Positions 31,941-43,375 of a stretch of 64,000 nt of DNA are shown here, one piece after another. The translations under genes were made by a program, and so were the position numbers. Source of the stretch: an uncultured virus (IMG/VR IMGVR_UViG_3300037466_002145) (taxonomy: Duplodnaviria; Heunggongvirae; Uroviricota; Caudoviricetes); IMG/VR virus record IMGVR_UViG_3300037466_002145, positions 1 through 64,000 of that record. The stretch is one strand, 5' to 3'. Each line of letters starts with the position of its first letter. The stretch's first letter is position 1. Below the pieces are notes generated by a model that had not been told where the DNA came from, made no database searches, and was given only the letters and a program-made list of their open reading frames with translations.

Positions 31941-32770
31941 TACTTACCTTTGCTTAGGTCGGTGACATTCGTGACATTACCAACAATCCAATGTTCGTAA
32001 TCGCGAATGGCAGTCAAAACGTCGGCGCGGTCGTCTGCCGTCATGGTAGACAGAACCGTCTTAGCTTTGACTTTGGAGTGAGAGAGAATGTAGTTGAGAT
32101 AGGTTCGCGGATTATAACCGTCCTTGGTCGGCGCGAACTTCTTGATGGCATTTTCAAGTGACAAATCTTTATAACCGAAGTCCGATTCAAAGAGGTAGGA
32201 CTCCAGGGCTGCCATGCCGTCATCTTCGGATGCGAAGATAGCGAATGAACCATCGAAGCCGATGGCCTTATGCGTCTTGGCGAAGTTGTCGTAGAGAAGC
32301 TTGCCAGGGTTGTTATATCGCCATGATATTGAGCCACCAGTGCGGACTTCAAAAGTGCCGTCTGGTTTCTTCATCGCGAAATAATACTTTTTGATCTTTT
32401 CGATGGTTGGGAAGACGGGAATCTTCGCTTCAAGGGTCGCGGCTTTGGCCTGTGCCGCTTGTGCGGTTTGCGTTGCCGTCTTGACCTGTTCGGTCAGAAC
32501 CTGCGTCTGTGAAATACTCGATTGCAGTTGTGGGGCGATCTTCTTGGTCGTCGTGACCGTCGCGGCCTGATAGGCAAGGAACCCCGAGAACAATGCCGTA
32601 ACGAAGATATGGCCGAGTGATTTCCACATCGGTTGAATTTCGACTGTCTTGGTTTCGACAGGGATCGGCGGCGGGTTTTCACTAATTTTCGGTGTTTCAA
32701 CAGTTGCTGAAACAGGCGTATCTACTGAAACAGGTTGAACAGTAGTATCAATAATTCTTTTTTCAGCCAT
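31940..32770 (-). CDS. membrane-anchored paralog of the RNNNPGN protein
   Basis: TM segment, coiled coil, GG.ISWRYNNPG..FAIF..KFAP..D. Confidence 0.6.
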   Translation of the reverse strand: MAEKRIIDTTVQPVSVDTPVSATVETPKISENPPPIPVETKTVEIQPMWKSLGHIFVTALFSGFLAYQAATVTTTKKIAPQLQSSISQTQVLTEQVKTATQTAQAAQAKAATLEAKIPVFPTIEKIKKYYFAMKKPDGTFEVRTGGSISWRYNNPGKLLYDNFAKTHKAIGFDGSFAIFASEDDGMAALESYLFESDFGYKDLSLENAIKKFAPTKDGYNPRTYLNYILSHSKVKAKTVLSTMTADDRADVLTAIRDYEHWIVGNVTNVTDLSKGK

Positions 32771-32810
32771 TGCTTATACCCAATTTGTGAGGAAATACGT
32801 CCTATTTAGT

Positions 32811-33167
32811 AAAATGCCTGCCTTCTGTTTCCAGGTGGCAGGCGACCCATGAAGCTTACGCCGCGAGGCGGATATCTTCGATAACGCTATTATCGTTTGC
32901 GTTTATACGTTTTCTTCGCGTTAACCCAGCTTAGATCGGGTACTGTCTTCTTCTCTTTTAACGTCATTCGATCCTATTTCGCGCCCATAAAGAAACACAC
33001 TAACGAGTCCTACTTTGTCCAACCGCGAAGATGGTCATATCCTAACTCGCTTCTGGTATACCCTTCATCTAGTGTGAAGGCCCATGCGGTCCAATAGTAG
33101 TGTGTTTTTTGGTGGACGCGTCGGCTTTGCAGCCGAGTCATGTCCGTATTATTACAAAAGCGTCATA
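32811..33167 (-). ncRNA. ssrA: circularly permuted (two-piece) tmRNA
   Basis: Acceptor piece TCGGC-TGCAAA-GCCGA-CGCGTCC-A-CCA (CCA 33110-12); intervening 32987-33109; coding piece starts GGGCGCG (32986, G3:U70); tag at 32900-32856 = ANDNSVIEDIRLAA*; outer limits approximate. Confidence 0.92.
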
Positions 33168-33456
33168 CAGTAATTACTTCTGCCTCTTTAGTTGAGACAA
33201 TTCCTTACCCATTTCTTTGATCTTCTCATTCAGCATGGCGATTTTTTGATCCTTACGCGCGAGTTCGCCGTTAATGCCGCCCATGATGTGATACAAAGTG
33301 TATATCTTTGGCACCTTCAATTCACCTCCGATGATTTCACGTAGAACGTGAGTCTCACCAGTTTTATGAAAGTCAGTTACCAATTCAGCCGCCAAGTCCA
33401 TTAGGGCTTGAGGCTTGCCATACTTATACAATGGATCAATTTTTATCATGGTGATT

Positions 33457-33531
33457 TGGAGTGAAGGGCGGGAATCGAACCCGTATGCTCAGTTTTGCAG
33501 ACTGGCAAGGCACCCAGGCCAATCCCGACAC
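33457..33531 (-). tRNA. tRNA-Cys(GCA), degenerate acceptor stem
   Basis: Loop CTGCAAA, TTCGATT, U73-CCA; two acceptor mismatches. Confidence 0.7.
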
Positions 33532-34989
33532 TTATTCCTTTTTGCTATCAAACAATTTTTTCATTTCAGGTGGTGGTTCTAATGGAGCATCACCGATATA
33601 TTCTTTAATCGATTGTTCAATAATGACTGGAAAGTTCTTTTCCAGTATACCCATCATCACTTTGTCAAGACCGCGCGATTCCATCTTTGGTTCATACCAC
33701 AAACATTCAGGATCGTGGTCATGAATACCATTGATATTTTCAGCACCGCAACATATGCAAAATGACATTCTATTTTATTCGTTATTTAGTGATTTGAGGA
33801 TTGTATCCCCGACCGTCTGAGCACCTGTGCCGATCACAGCCCCTGTTGCTGCATCAATGGTACCCGAACCGACTGCCGCCGCGGCCTGTGTCTGGACGAT
33901 AGCTACTGCCGCCTTGATCGCGCCAGCTTCGGCATTATGAATAGCCTTGATACCTTCTGCGGCCCCAACCGTCAAAAAAGTCGTTTCAGCTACCGCTACG
34001 CGTTGATCTGAAGGAGCGACCGCAGCGGCGGCCACAGAAGCAAGCGCTGCCTTTTTAAGAACTTCAAGGCCAGCCTGTACGTCTTCCTTACCCAACTCGT
34101 AGGCTACATCTTTCACTTGCGCCATAAGCGGCCCGAAAAATTCAATAATGGCTTTATCTTCGGCCGAGAAAAATGCGAGTAGGCGATTTTCAATATTTGT
34201 AAACCAACTTCCGATAGACAATGTATTTCTCCTAATGTTTGAATGCTGATTTGAGACCGCGCCGCTCGATTTCTGCCAAAACTTCTTCCTGAAGCATGGT
34301 TGAATACTCACGGAAGTAGAACATATCGGCATCCGACATTTCTTCAATTCTACCTTCATAGATCATATTGATCAGTTCCTGAAAGTCTTCGTCCAGGTGT
34401 TCAATTAGATCGGGAATCGACATGACTGTTTCGGCATAGTGCATGAATGCTTTGCGCATCTGTTCATCAATTTCCATTATTTAGGTCCCCATATTTAATC
34501 AGAATTTCTGTTTTCTTTGGTGATTTCATTTTGATCAAGTTCATGTCCGTGAGGTTTCTACCTCGAAACTTGAACCTGAACGCAAGCAACATTGCTTCAT
34601 CACCGCCGTCGTAGGCGTTCGCAATTGAGTAGTCGAAATCTGGCCACTTCTTTCGAAACTCAGGTGTGTTGAGGAAGACGATGATTGAAGTGCCGATGTT
34701 CATGTAGCCATCGTTTTCGGATGCGAGACGCTTCATGGCATCGGTGACTTCAATTTGGAATTTTATTTGATCAGTCGGTCTTATTCGTTCTGCGGCTGAT
34801 GCTTGCTGTGCAGTGATAGCGAACATCAAATATACCAACCAAATTCGCATATCTTATTCCCCCCAAGTTCGGAAAAACAGAACGGTCTATCCCGATGCAT
34901 GTTTCTGGTATGTTTCTGGTCAAAGTAATGGATGCAATGCCAAAACCAGACAAACGACCAACCGTCTTCATAGAAGAACAGGTGGGGTA

Positions 34990-35823
34990 TTAAATTTGAA
35001 AACATTTAGCGGTGTATCCCGTCCAATTGTCTCTACGGCGGTCGTAGCCCCCAGGCGGATAACCACGGCAGTTCGAAATCATGCGCGTGTTGCCAATCAT
35101 GTAATCGATGTTGTAGTGCGTGTGACCTGATATCCAGTGCGTGATGTGCTGATGTTGAAGAATCAAATCTTCCAAGTCAGACGCATACCCAAAATTCAAA
35201 CTGTCACCCTTGAACGCGGGATCGATACCTTGAAACGACGGTAGGTGGTGTGTCATCACCACGAAGTTTTTGGACGTATCGAGTAGTTCTGTCTTCAACC
35301 ACTTGACCGTTTCGTCGAAGATATCGGCGGCATCAGTTGTTGTGAACGGAACTCCCTTGTAGTAGCAGACGCGGAAGTCGTTCAGCCCGTACTGGACATA
35401 CTCAAGTGACAACGGATTGCGCTTGTTCATATCGGTCCAGAGTGTCGCCGCCAAAAGGTCCGTGTCGTCCGTGAGGGGGAAACGTTGACGTTCCACCATC
35501 TGAATGTTGGTGTATCCCTTACGGTCAATAAAGTCATTGACCATCTGTTTGTTGCTCGCAACGTCTCCCCCCATGTATGCCTCATGGTTGCCTGCGATGA
35601 TGTAGACATGCTTGAACTTCGTTGCTTCATCAAGAAACTTTTGAAAGCGTCTTTGCATCTGCCGACCGAGACCGTCTGTGCGCTTTTCTTGAAGCGCGAC
35701 GGCCAGGATCGTATCACCAGCTACCAGAAGTATTTCGTCGTTGTGTGGGTCAAGTTCGTGAGGTTCATTTGGAAAATCTGAAAACTCAAGATGAATGTCC
35801 GAAACGTATTTAATTGTCTGCAA
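34990..35823 (-). CDS. calcineurin-like metallophosphoesterase
   Basis: SDIH, AGD, AGNHE, THH.P, GHTH. Confidence 0.9.
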   Translation of the reverse strand: MQTIKYVSDIHLEFSDFPNEPHELDPHNDEILLVAGDTILAVALQEKRTDGLGRQMQRRFQKFLDEATKFKHVYIIAGNHEAYMGGDVASNKQMVNDFIDRKGYTNIQMVERQRFPLTDDTDLLAATLWTDMNKRNPLSLEYVQYGLNDFRVCYYKGVPFTTTDAADIFDETVKWLKTELLDTSKNFVVMTHHLPSFQGIDPAFKGDSLNFGYASDLEDLILQHQHITHWISGHTHYNIDYMIGNTRMISNCRGYPPGGYDRRRDNWTGYTAKCFQI

Positions 35824-36211
35824 TTAGTCCCTCAGGTTCAGATTCAATAATATCCGCTATTTCTAAAAATGATTTTTTGTCGTCGTCGTTATCGTCAATT
35901 AAGCCCCATGTGTCTTTTTTTGGATTTGCGTAAAGGCCATTTGAAGCTGCCAACCCAAGCCAATCCATAACAACATTGGGAAGGGAGAAACCGCTGTAAG
36001 TCATGTACTGATGTTTATTCGGCATGAATTTGTTGTCGTGCCAAACCGCTTCGGGAAATTGCTTGGCATACAGATCGCAGGCGACGCCGAGACAACAGAA
36101 GCTATTTCCAAGTTTGAGCTTGCCGTGGGTTTGTTCGTACTCACCCGACCGCAAGGCTTCGATCCAAAGCTTGCGATGTTCTTTCTGTTGGTCGGCTGTC
36201 CAGTCGGTCAT
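35810..36211 (-). CDS. conserved phage protein (W..ALRSG.Y.Q / CCLGV)
   Basis: Tandem paralog of 36208-36669. Confidence 0.6.
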   Translation of the reverse strand: MTDWTADQQKEHRKLWIEALRSGEYEQTHGKLKLGNSFCCLGVACDLYAKQFPEAVWHDNKFMPNKHQYMTYSGFSLPNVVMDWLGLAASNGLYANPKKDTWGLIDDNDDDKKSFLEIADIIESEPEGLIADN

Positions 36212-36669
36212 ATCACACTCTTGGTAAACTTGTTGGCTTCGATAAGATTGGCGAGTTCGTCAAATGACCTTCCATCGTCATTGACGGACCATAACGATAG
36301 TTCCAATTCTTTTTTGGCGGGCGGATAATAAATCATGATCGTGTCAGGACAACCGTTATCAGGTATCAACCCCATAGCTTTCGATACTTTAGCGGGCATA
36401 ATGCCAGCATCGATTGTCTCTGTTGTGCGGAAGTCGCTGTCATAGCCTTTGTTATTATCACACATACGAATTCGACTTGGTTTTGAAAAGCTATCACCGA
36501 ACACGAGACAGGCCGCGCCCCATATGCAATAGCACCGATCCCCATCTTGGGTTTCTTGACATAGACGATACTTACCTTGTTTCACTGTGCCAGATCGAAG
36601 TAGCTCAACCCAAGCCTTGCGGTTGGCTCTGATTTCTTCGGGCGTCCAGTCGTCTTTCATCGGGATCAT
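36208..36669 (-). CDS. conserved phage protein, paralog of 35810
   Basis: W..LLRSG..KQG..L, C..GAAC, ND...F.E.A..IE. Confidence 0.6.
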   Translation of the reverse strand: MIPMKDDWTPEEIRANRKAWVELLRSGTVKQGKYRLCQETQDGDRCYCIWGAACLVFGDSFSKPSRIRMCDNNKGYDSDFRTTETIDAGIMPAKVSKAMGLIPDNGCPDTIMIYYPPAKKELELSLWSVNDDGRSFDELANLIEANKFTKSVI

Positions 36670-37044
36670 GGTCTACTCCACATACTTGTATTCAGGTTTC
36701 CAACCGTCTTGATTGCGCAAACGTTTGATCATGGCGATTGCGTCTTGCTCGGTCTCACATTGTTTTGGAAGCGCATACCAATATTGTGAATTTATTGATT
36801 TGGCAAAATGTTCGACGGTCCATTTACCGTTCGAGTCTTCATAGTATCGGTAGTCCTGACTCATCATCTCCCCTCAAGATACCAATGAATTGAAAAGAAT
36901 AACCAAAGTGACAGAGCCCCCGCGGCTGTACCATACACCAAAACTTCCAATCCAGTCGTGGCGACAACGAAATGATACCAACACGCAATAGTGCTGTAGG
37001 TGAGAACCGCGAAGTAAACTACCCCAAGCAAAAGTTCGAAAAAG

Positions 37045-37635
37045 CTATCCATGATGCTTCATTCTCTTTTGAAGTTCATCCATATGAATTGGTGTGTAGT
37101 TGATCTTTTCGACACAGACATTGATGTAGTGCCAGTCGGGCATTCCACCTTTGCCGATGTTGCCCCACTCGTAGTGATCGGAATTGGCCATCACTTGTCG
37201 TTCGTGAATGTGACCATGCACGCAATGAATTGCGCCGCCGCGCCCGTAGAGCGAATCCTTGTGAAGTGGGTAGTGGCAGCAAATGAACGGGATCGGCATG
37301 TCTTTGAACTGCCGCCAACTCATGAACTTTTCGAACCACGGTTTGTAGAGGTCGATATTTGTATGGTCGTGGTTGCCGAGAATTAGGCGCTTGCGGCCCG
37401 CGAGACGAGTAAAGAGCTTGGGCCAGTCTTGCTTCGGACCAAAGGCCACGTCGCCTAAGTGATAGACTTTGTCCCCAGGTTTGACCGTCTTGTTCCAATT
37501 ATCGATGATGATTTCATTCATCTGTTCGACGGAATCGAACTGCGGTCGTACTTTATTTCCGTGGGCGTCTGAGAAGGTCAGGATGTTGGAATGCGAGAAG
37601 TGGGTATCGGATATGAACCAAATATTATGTGACAT
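37045..37635 (-). CDS. calcineurin-like phosphoesterase (SDTHF.H subtype)
   Basis: SDTHFSH, NW..VKPGD.VYHLGD, GNHD, CHYP, HGHIH, NVCVE. Confidence 0.9.
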   Translation of the reverse strand: MSHNIWFISDTHFSHSNILTFSDAHGNKVRPQFDSVEQMNEIIIDNWNKTVKPGDKVYHLGDVAFGPKQDWPKLFTRLAGRKRLILGNHDHTNIDLYKPWFEKFMSWRQFKDMPIPFICCHYPLHKDSLYGRGGAIHCVHGHIHERQVMANSDHYEWGNIGKGGMPDWHYINVCVEKINYTPIHMDELQKRMKHHG

Positions 37636-37832
37636 GATTAAACGTTTGAATGCAGTATAAAAATGTAGCAGTCATCCAACCACAAAGGGAGGGCCAATTT
37701 GACTCAATAACTACGAATAAGATGTTTAGAAGAAAAATACCAAGAACGATTAAATTCCAAATTTCCCATCATGAAAATTTTCCCCCAACTAATAATGAGC
37801 TATTATAAACTACTTTTTCGAAAAAGTAAAGA

Positions 37833-37910
37833 TGGTACTCCCTGTAGGAGTCGAACCTACCTGATGCCTCGGTGTAAACGAGGTGCCTTCACCGCGATTG
37901 CTAAGGGAGC
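37833..37910 (-). tRNA. tRNA-Val(TAC)
   Basis: Cloverleaf, loop TTTACAC, ACCA end. Confidence 0.9.
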
Positions 37911-37922
37911 TTTCAGTCGAAC

Positions 37923-38252
37923 CTATTTATTATGTAGGTTCCAAAACCGATTACAGGACAGAAGACCCAATTCGAGATAGCGGCGACCCTCGGGGTTCAT
38001 CGAATGAATTGCCCATTCGATACGCGGTCCTTCGCCGCGAGCCGCCCGAAGTTCGATCCAATCGACAACGGGTTCGGAAGTCATGGCCTTGCCCTGGTCG
38101 TCCAGCCCCAGGTCATGGTCGAAGGAAATTATGCGAATGTCATAGTCGGGAGACGATAGGATCGCTATCGCCTCCCCTGGTGTCTTGGCCCAAAGCCAAC
38201 CCTCGGGGGCTGGCCTTAGGTCATCGATCCATAGTTGTTGGGCAGGAGTCAT
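37923..38252 (-). CDS. cyclic-phosphate-processing receiver-domain protein
   Basis: LWIDDLRP.P..W, ISFDHDLG, HSMNP.G; start at MTPAQ. Confidence 0.75.
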   Translation of the reverse strand: MTPAQQLWIDDLRPAPEGWLWAKTPGEAIAILSSPDYDIRIISFDHDLGLDDQGKAMTSEPVVDWIELRAARGEGPRIEWAIHSMNPEGRRYLELGLLSCNRFWNLHNK

Positions 38253-39093
38253 GCAGCCTTTAGAATTTCCAACCGACGTTCGATCCATTTGGAGTTCGTC
38301 AGGTCGGCATGAAGGGCAAGGACAAGGGCGGTGAACTCACCCGTGTTCCAATCCACGTCACCGATACCCAACAACATATCGTGACGGGGTTCGTAAGTCT
38401 TATTCTGATTTTTCAGGTCGGCCAGCGAGGCGACCCGAAACGGGGTCACCACCACGCATTTCACCAGCCCATGGTTGTGGTCAAGTGCATAGCGAAGATG
38501 TTTCATTCGTTTGTAGTTCTGCGGTGTCTTCTGCCACTGGCAATCCTCACTGCGTAAGAACTGCGGTTGGTCTTTTTCGAAGTTCGTATACATCAGATTT
38601 GCTCCATAGGCCATAAACTGATGCGCCCATAGGGAGAGGACTACCGAGCCATCTTCGGCTATGTTGGACCATCCTCGGGCCATCTTGCGATAGTCGGGGA
38701 AGATCGAGCCCATAGCCTTATGGGCCTCAAGTAGCGATGTGTAGATCATCGTCATTCAACTCCAATGGTCGGGCGGATAATTCCGCAGGCGACACCTTGG
38801 AGTCTATCACAGGTACTCCGTCTTTCAAATGCACGATGGTTCCGCAGTTGAAACAACAGAGTAGTTCGCGTTTCGAACCAACGGCCAGTGTTGGGAACTC
38901 ACAGTCACAACCTTCTTCGCGAAGTTGTCTGACTTGTTCGGTTTCCTCAACCGTTAGGGCTTTCCCCCAGGCGAGGGGGATCGGGCGGTTTGATTTCATG
39001 GAAAGGCTCGTTATCAAGAACTGATAACGTCAAGTTTATCAGCCTTTCCAGCGTAAAGGAAGATAGGGTGTCGTAATCCAACCGTGTTGCGAT

Positions 39094-39174
39094 TGGAACG
39101 CCCGACAGGATTCGAACCTGCATCTTATCCAGTTACCTTTGTCCTTGATTCGTATTCAAGAGGGATACGGGCGC
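39094..39174 (-). ncRNA. non-canonical tRNA-like RNA (ACG loop, no D arm)
   Basis: Acceptor GCGCCCG/CGGGCGT, T arm, T-CCA; CTTGA-ATACGAA-TCAAG stem-loop nested in TCC/GGA and CCT/AGG pairings. Confidence 0.7.
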
Positions 39175-39356
39175 TTAAGCGCTTGAGACGCATACGATTT
39201 CGTTGCGCTCGGATTTGATCAGCATAAAGAGAATAGGAATGATACCACAGACGGCGATCACGTTCGGTAACACGCTGTAACACATTTTTACTAGCCGCCG
39301 CAAAGGCAGCCGCCGCGTCATGTTCAGTCATGTTGAAGTTCCCCGTTTAGGCAAGA

Positions 39357-39385
39357 ATTATATCCCCATTCTCGCCAAATTTCAA
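39357..39385 (-). promoter_or_regulatory. sigma70-type promoter
   Basis: TTGAAA-17 nt-TATAAT. Confidence 0.65.
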
Positions 39386-39663
39386 GCTTAAAAGAAGGTA
39401 ATGGGTCAAGTAATTCCCCGCTACTTGACCCTGAAATACCTAATTCAGAGAACGACGATCAAAAGACTCCGTGATGGCATACCCTACTTCGTCGTTACTC
39501 AAAACATTGCATTGAAAGCCTGCCTTGAGTTCTCGTGCTATGAGTTCCAGGGCTCGCGAGAGGGGACGGACAAATCTCGCAACATGTTCCGTTCCCTCTT
39601 TTCCCCATACATCCACTGCAATAAATGATTCCTCAATTACAGCCATGGACACCCCCCTTATGC

Positions 39664-39739
39664 TGGTGCCAATTGGAGGAGTCGAACCCCCGACCAATCG
39701 ATTACTAATCGATTGCTCTACCGACTGAGCTAAATTGGC
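39664..39739 (-). tRNA. tRNA-Thr(AGT)
   Basis: Canonical cloverleaf, ATCGA-TTAGTAA-TCGAT, ACCA. Confidence 0.85.
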
Positions 39740-41004
39740 GATTTCCCCGATAGTCGTTCGTAAAGGTCCGTTAGCAAGTCGAACTGACCCTTGATGTACA
39801 ACGGGTCTTTCTTATCCGAGAACGGAACCTTAGTTGTCCCGTAATACTGAATTAGTAATTCAGAACAACGGTCTAACTGTGCCTTAATATAGGCTAATTC
39901 AGTATGACGGTCAAGTGACATAAATGCCTCGGGAAGCCATTACTCAATTGTTCCGTCGCGTATTTAGAAAACAAAATAGGAGGGGGCATTTCTACCACAC
40001 CTCCTATTCTGCGGGCGGCCCTCCCTCGGTAAACCGAGTTAGGCGATAGCGGCTTCGTCAGTCGCCTTCTTTTCAGGTGCGGCTGACTTTTTAGAAACCG
40101 ATTTGGTTTTCTTCGCGGCACTCTTGGCAGCAAGAGTTTTTTCTTGCTCCTTCTTCCGCCGATGAAATTCAGCCCAACGCTGTTTCTGAGAAGCTGAAAT
40201 CTTGGCACGCGTCGCGGCCGAGAACTTCTTGCGCGGCTGCGGCTCGGCATAGGCGACAGTAGGTTTGCCGTTCGCACGCTTACCAAAGGCGATTTGAGTA
40301 TCGAGACCCTTGCGCATGAACTTGTTATGAAGAATTGCAAGCGCCTCAGGACCATTTGGTGACATACCCGCAATTCGTTCCACACCCTGCGACAGAAGCG
40401 CGGCGAGCTTATTAGGATCGCTGTGCGGGTTTCGCGCGGCTTCTACCAGACGTGTAATGATAACCGATGTTTTCATAGTTACTCCCATTTTCAAAGTTTT
40501 AGTGTGTCAAGATAAATTTCCTCTTGACTTTCGACTATTGGGTATATGGTCCAAACCTTGAAAATTGCAAGCTATTTTTTTCAAAACAATATCAACGAGT
40601 TGTAAAAACTCGGATAGTTCCAGCCGCGTAAGCCATTGTAATTTCGTGAGGTTTCGGTATCTGAACTAGCCCCTTCAAGATATTCTCGTAGAACTCAACT
40701 ATTTGGTCCTCAGAGGTTTGGCTTCGTAGGAATTTTTCACACTCCATAAACTTGGGCAGCAAGTCGTTTGGGATCGGTACCTCTTCGGTGAACTCCATGG
40801 CTCGGGCCACCGACATAGGCGGGACGGTGGCCGTCTTTGCCCTAATCACCAACGCTGAAATCAAAGGAAAATCTGAAACTCGTTTCATAACGTCCAGTCC
40901 TGTTTTTACGAGGCGCGGACCATATGAGGTAATCGTAGAAAGGAAAAGGTGCTGATTTTGGTTAACAGAATTAAACAGTGTGCGCCGTAACCGTGTAGTA
41001 ACAG

Positions 41005-41032
41005 AAAAGGGGGCCGATGGAGCCCCCTTTTT
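41005..41032. terminator. bidirectional intrinsic terminator
   Basis: AAAAGGGGGC-cgatgga-GCCCCCTTTTT. Confidence 0.7.
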
Positions 41033-41724
41033 GATCGTTCTCAAGCGACTGAGAAGCTGAACATAGAATGTAGGTTTCCCCGTAGGTTCCGCATCCCTAT
41101 TTTACCTCGCTTTATCGCCCGATCCCCTAGCTGAATAACTTTCGCCCCTGGTGACTTGCGGATCGCTTCCTTCAAGGCTGGCGGCGGTGGTGGTGGAGCA
41201 TAGGCTTTAGCCGCCAGCGGCTGAGGGGTTTCGATAGGTGGTTGCGGTTCAGGTTGAACCTTAATGTCAGTGTCGTTGATACGGCCTAGCAGGGCACGCA
41301 ACTCTTCATCGGCCTTGGCCTCAGCCGCCGCCGACAAGGCTTCGGCGCGATCCAGGCGGGCAATCTCATGCATGAGATATGTACACGCCATGACTAAATC
41401 TTGCCGATATGTTTCGCAAAGACGGAACTGGTGAAGCGCATATGGATAGACGCGATGCGAAATAATTGTCTGCGGACCAAGAGGAATCGTAATTTCAGGT
41501 GCGCCAAGCGCATATGCACAAGCCGCTTTTGCAAGCTCACAATCAGTGTTCTTATCCGCCTGTTCATCCCTCAATCCTTTCCCCTTCATAATCAGGCATT
41601 GAGTCATAACGTCTATGCCGATTTTCTCCATTACACTGTCTATTACACTATGCATATTTGCACTCCCGTCGTTTTTAAATGGACGCTGTGTAATGTGCGA
41701 AGAAAATGTGAGGGAATTAGGATT

Positions 41725-41808
41725 TGGAGCTACCTGAGGGATTCGAACCCCCGCGTCTTTCGAGACTGATTACAAAACAGTTGCCGTCGTCCACTTGGCT
41801 AAGGTAGC
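41725..41808 (-). tRNA. tRNA-Thr(TGT) with long variable arm
   Basis: GCTACCT/AGGTAGC, loop TTTGTAA, variable CTCGAAAGACGC, T-CCA. Confidence 0.8.
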
Positions 41809-42383
41809 GTCCTGGAAATCCTATTTAGACATTTGCTCCATCACCGATAGCAGGGTTAGAAAAAACCAGACGAGTGCGACGTAGACCGCGATGGCAACCG
41901 CGACTCGAATGATCCATTTCATTTTAAACTGCTTAGGGGTTGGGCTGTCTTCACAGTAGCCCATTACCAGAAGGCGCGCATCAAAGGTCATAATCAGGGT
42001 AAAGAACCAAGATAGACCGAGCGCAAACCCAACCCCTAACCCATTGCCATATCCAAGACTTTGAAACAAAAAGCACCGAACCAAAGTCCAATGGCAATTG
42101 CGAAAACCAGAAGGGCGTAGTAACCTCGAAAAGAAGGGGGGTAACGCAAAACCTTTCACCCCCCTATCAAGTTAGATGCCCCCCATCTAGGAAAGAAGGC
42201 ATCGCGGAGGAAACGCATAACAAGGAAAAGGAATGTAGGGAGAAGCGTGAATGAAGCAAGCGCGACCAAATAGAACAATGATCCAGGCTCCGAAGGTGTG
42301 CTGGTACATTTCCATAAAGCCGCGCTTGCTTTCCCCCTGCGTGCAACTTTACATTCCTACTGGTTTAGACCCGAGGTAAAACC

Positions 42384-42773
42384 ATGTTCAATACGACTAC
42401 TCAGAAAAAGGTTCCAACACAAATCACAAATTATTACGACACAAACCTCCCCGATCCGATTCTGGTGCAAGAGTGTCGCGAACGAATCAGATATGGGCTC
42501 AAACGCGCCCAACAGATTTACGGCTGTGACTTCCAAGCTTGGCGTAAGATGGAGCGCGAGTGCATAGATAACAAATCGTTTTTACGACTTCTTATAAATG
42601 CGACTCACAAAGGCGAAAATACTCTTTGGCGGCGTTTCAAGACATGGCGAATGTTGGAATACACGCCGCAAGCCTGTGTGATCAAATATGGTGACAAATT
42701 ATTCGACGCTGTGACCATCGCCTATGCTGAACATCAAATGCCCTTGTCGGTGATAAAAAAGATTCGGGGTTGA
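42384..42773 (+). CDS. hypothetical protein
   Basis: GAGG RBS; isolated plus-strand ORF. Confidence 0.55.
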   Translation: MFNTTTQKKVPTQITNYYDTNLPDPILVQECRERIRYGLKRAQQIYGCDFQAWRKMERECIDNKSFLRLLINATHKGENTLWRRFKTWRMLEYTPQACVIKYGDKLFDAVTIAYAEHQMPLSVIKKIRG

Positions 42774-43375
42774 CAGTCAGTCGTTCTGTCTTCTATATCG
42801 AGCGGGTCGGTTGGGGTGACCCTTACTTCAATCGCCATCTGTACGCTTCCAAGGAAAGTCAGGAGGTTGTCCTGCTTACCTCCTGACTTTTCCATGGAGG
42901 GCTTCCTTGATATCTTGTGTTCAACGTCTCAAACTCATTCCCCCTGCGACTCATCGCGCAGGGGGTTTTTTTGTGTTGACGTGAAGACGATTATGTGATT
43001 AAAAAAGAATTCGTCAGGGGAATTCAGATACCCATCAGAGTTTTTGCCCGCCGCCTTTCCCTCACAGACCCCCCTCTGTGTGCGCGGGCATCAGGCCCAT
43101 GGAAGTTCTCCCCCCAGACTTCCATGGGCCATTTCATTTCCGTAACAAAACGTGAATGGACAGAAGTGAGTAGAATCACTTACAAGAATTTCCGTTAGGT
43201 GACTGCCATCCTTCCCAACTCCAGTCAGTCTCCTATGGTTGCTAACCCAAGAAGAAACCCCCAAGGTGCTAATCCATAGTGCCACCTTGGGGGTTTTTAT
43301 GTTAATGAAAAAGGGTAGATCGTGCAATCCCGATCTACCCCTTCGTTTACTACCTGACTATCAACAAGTTCCAGA

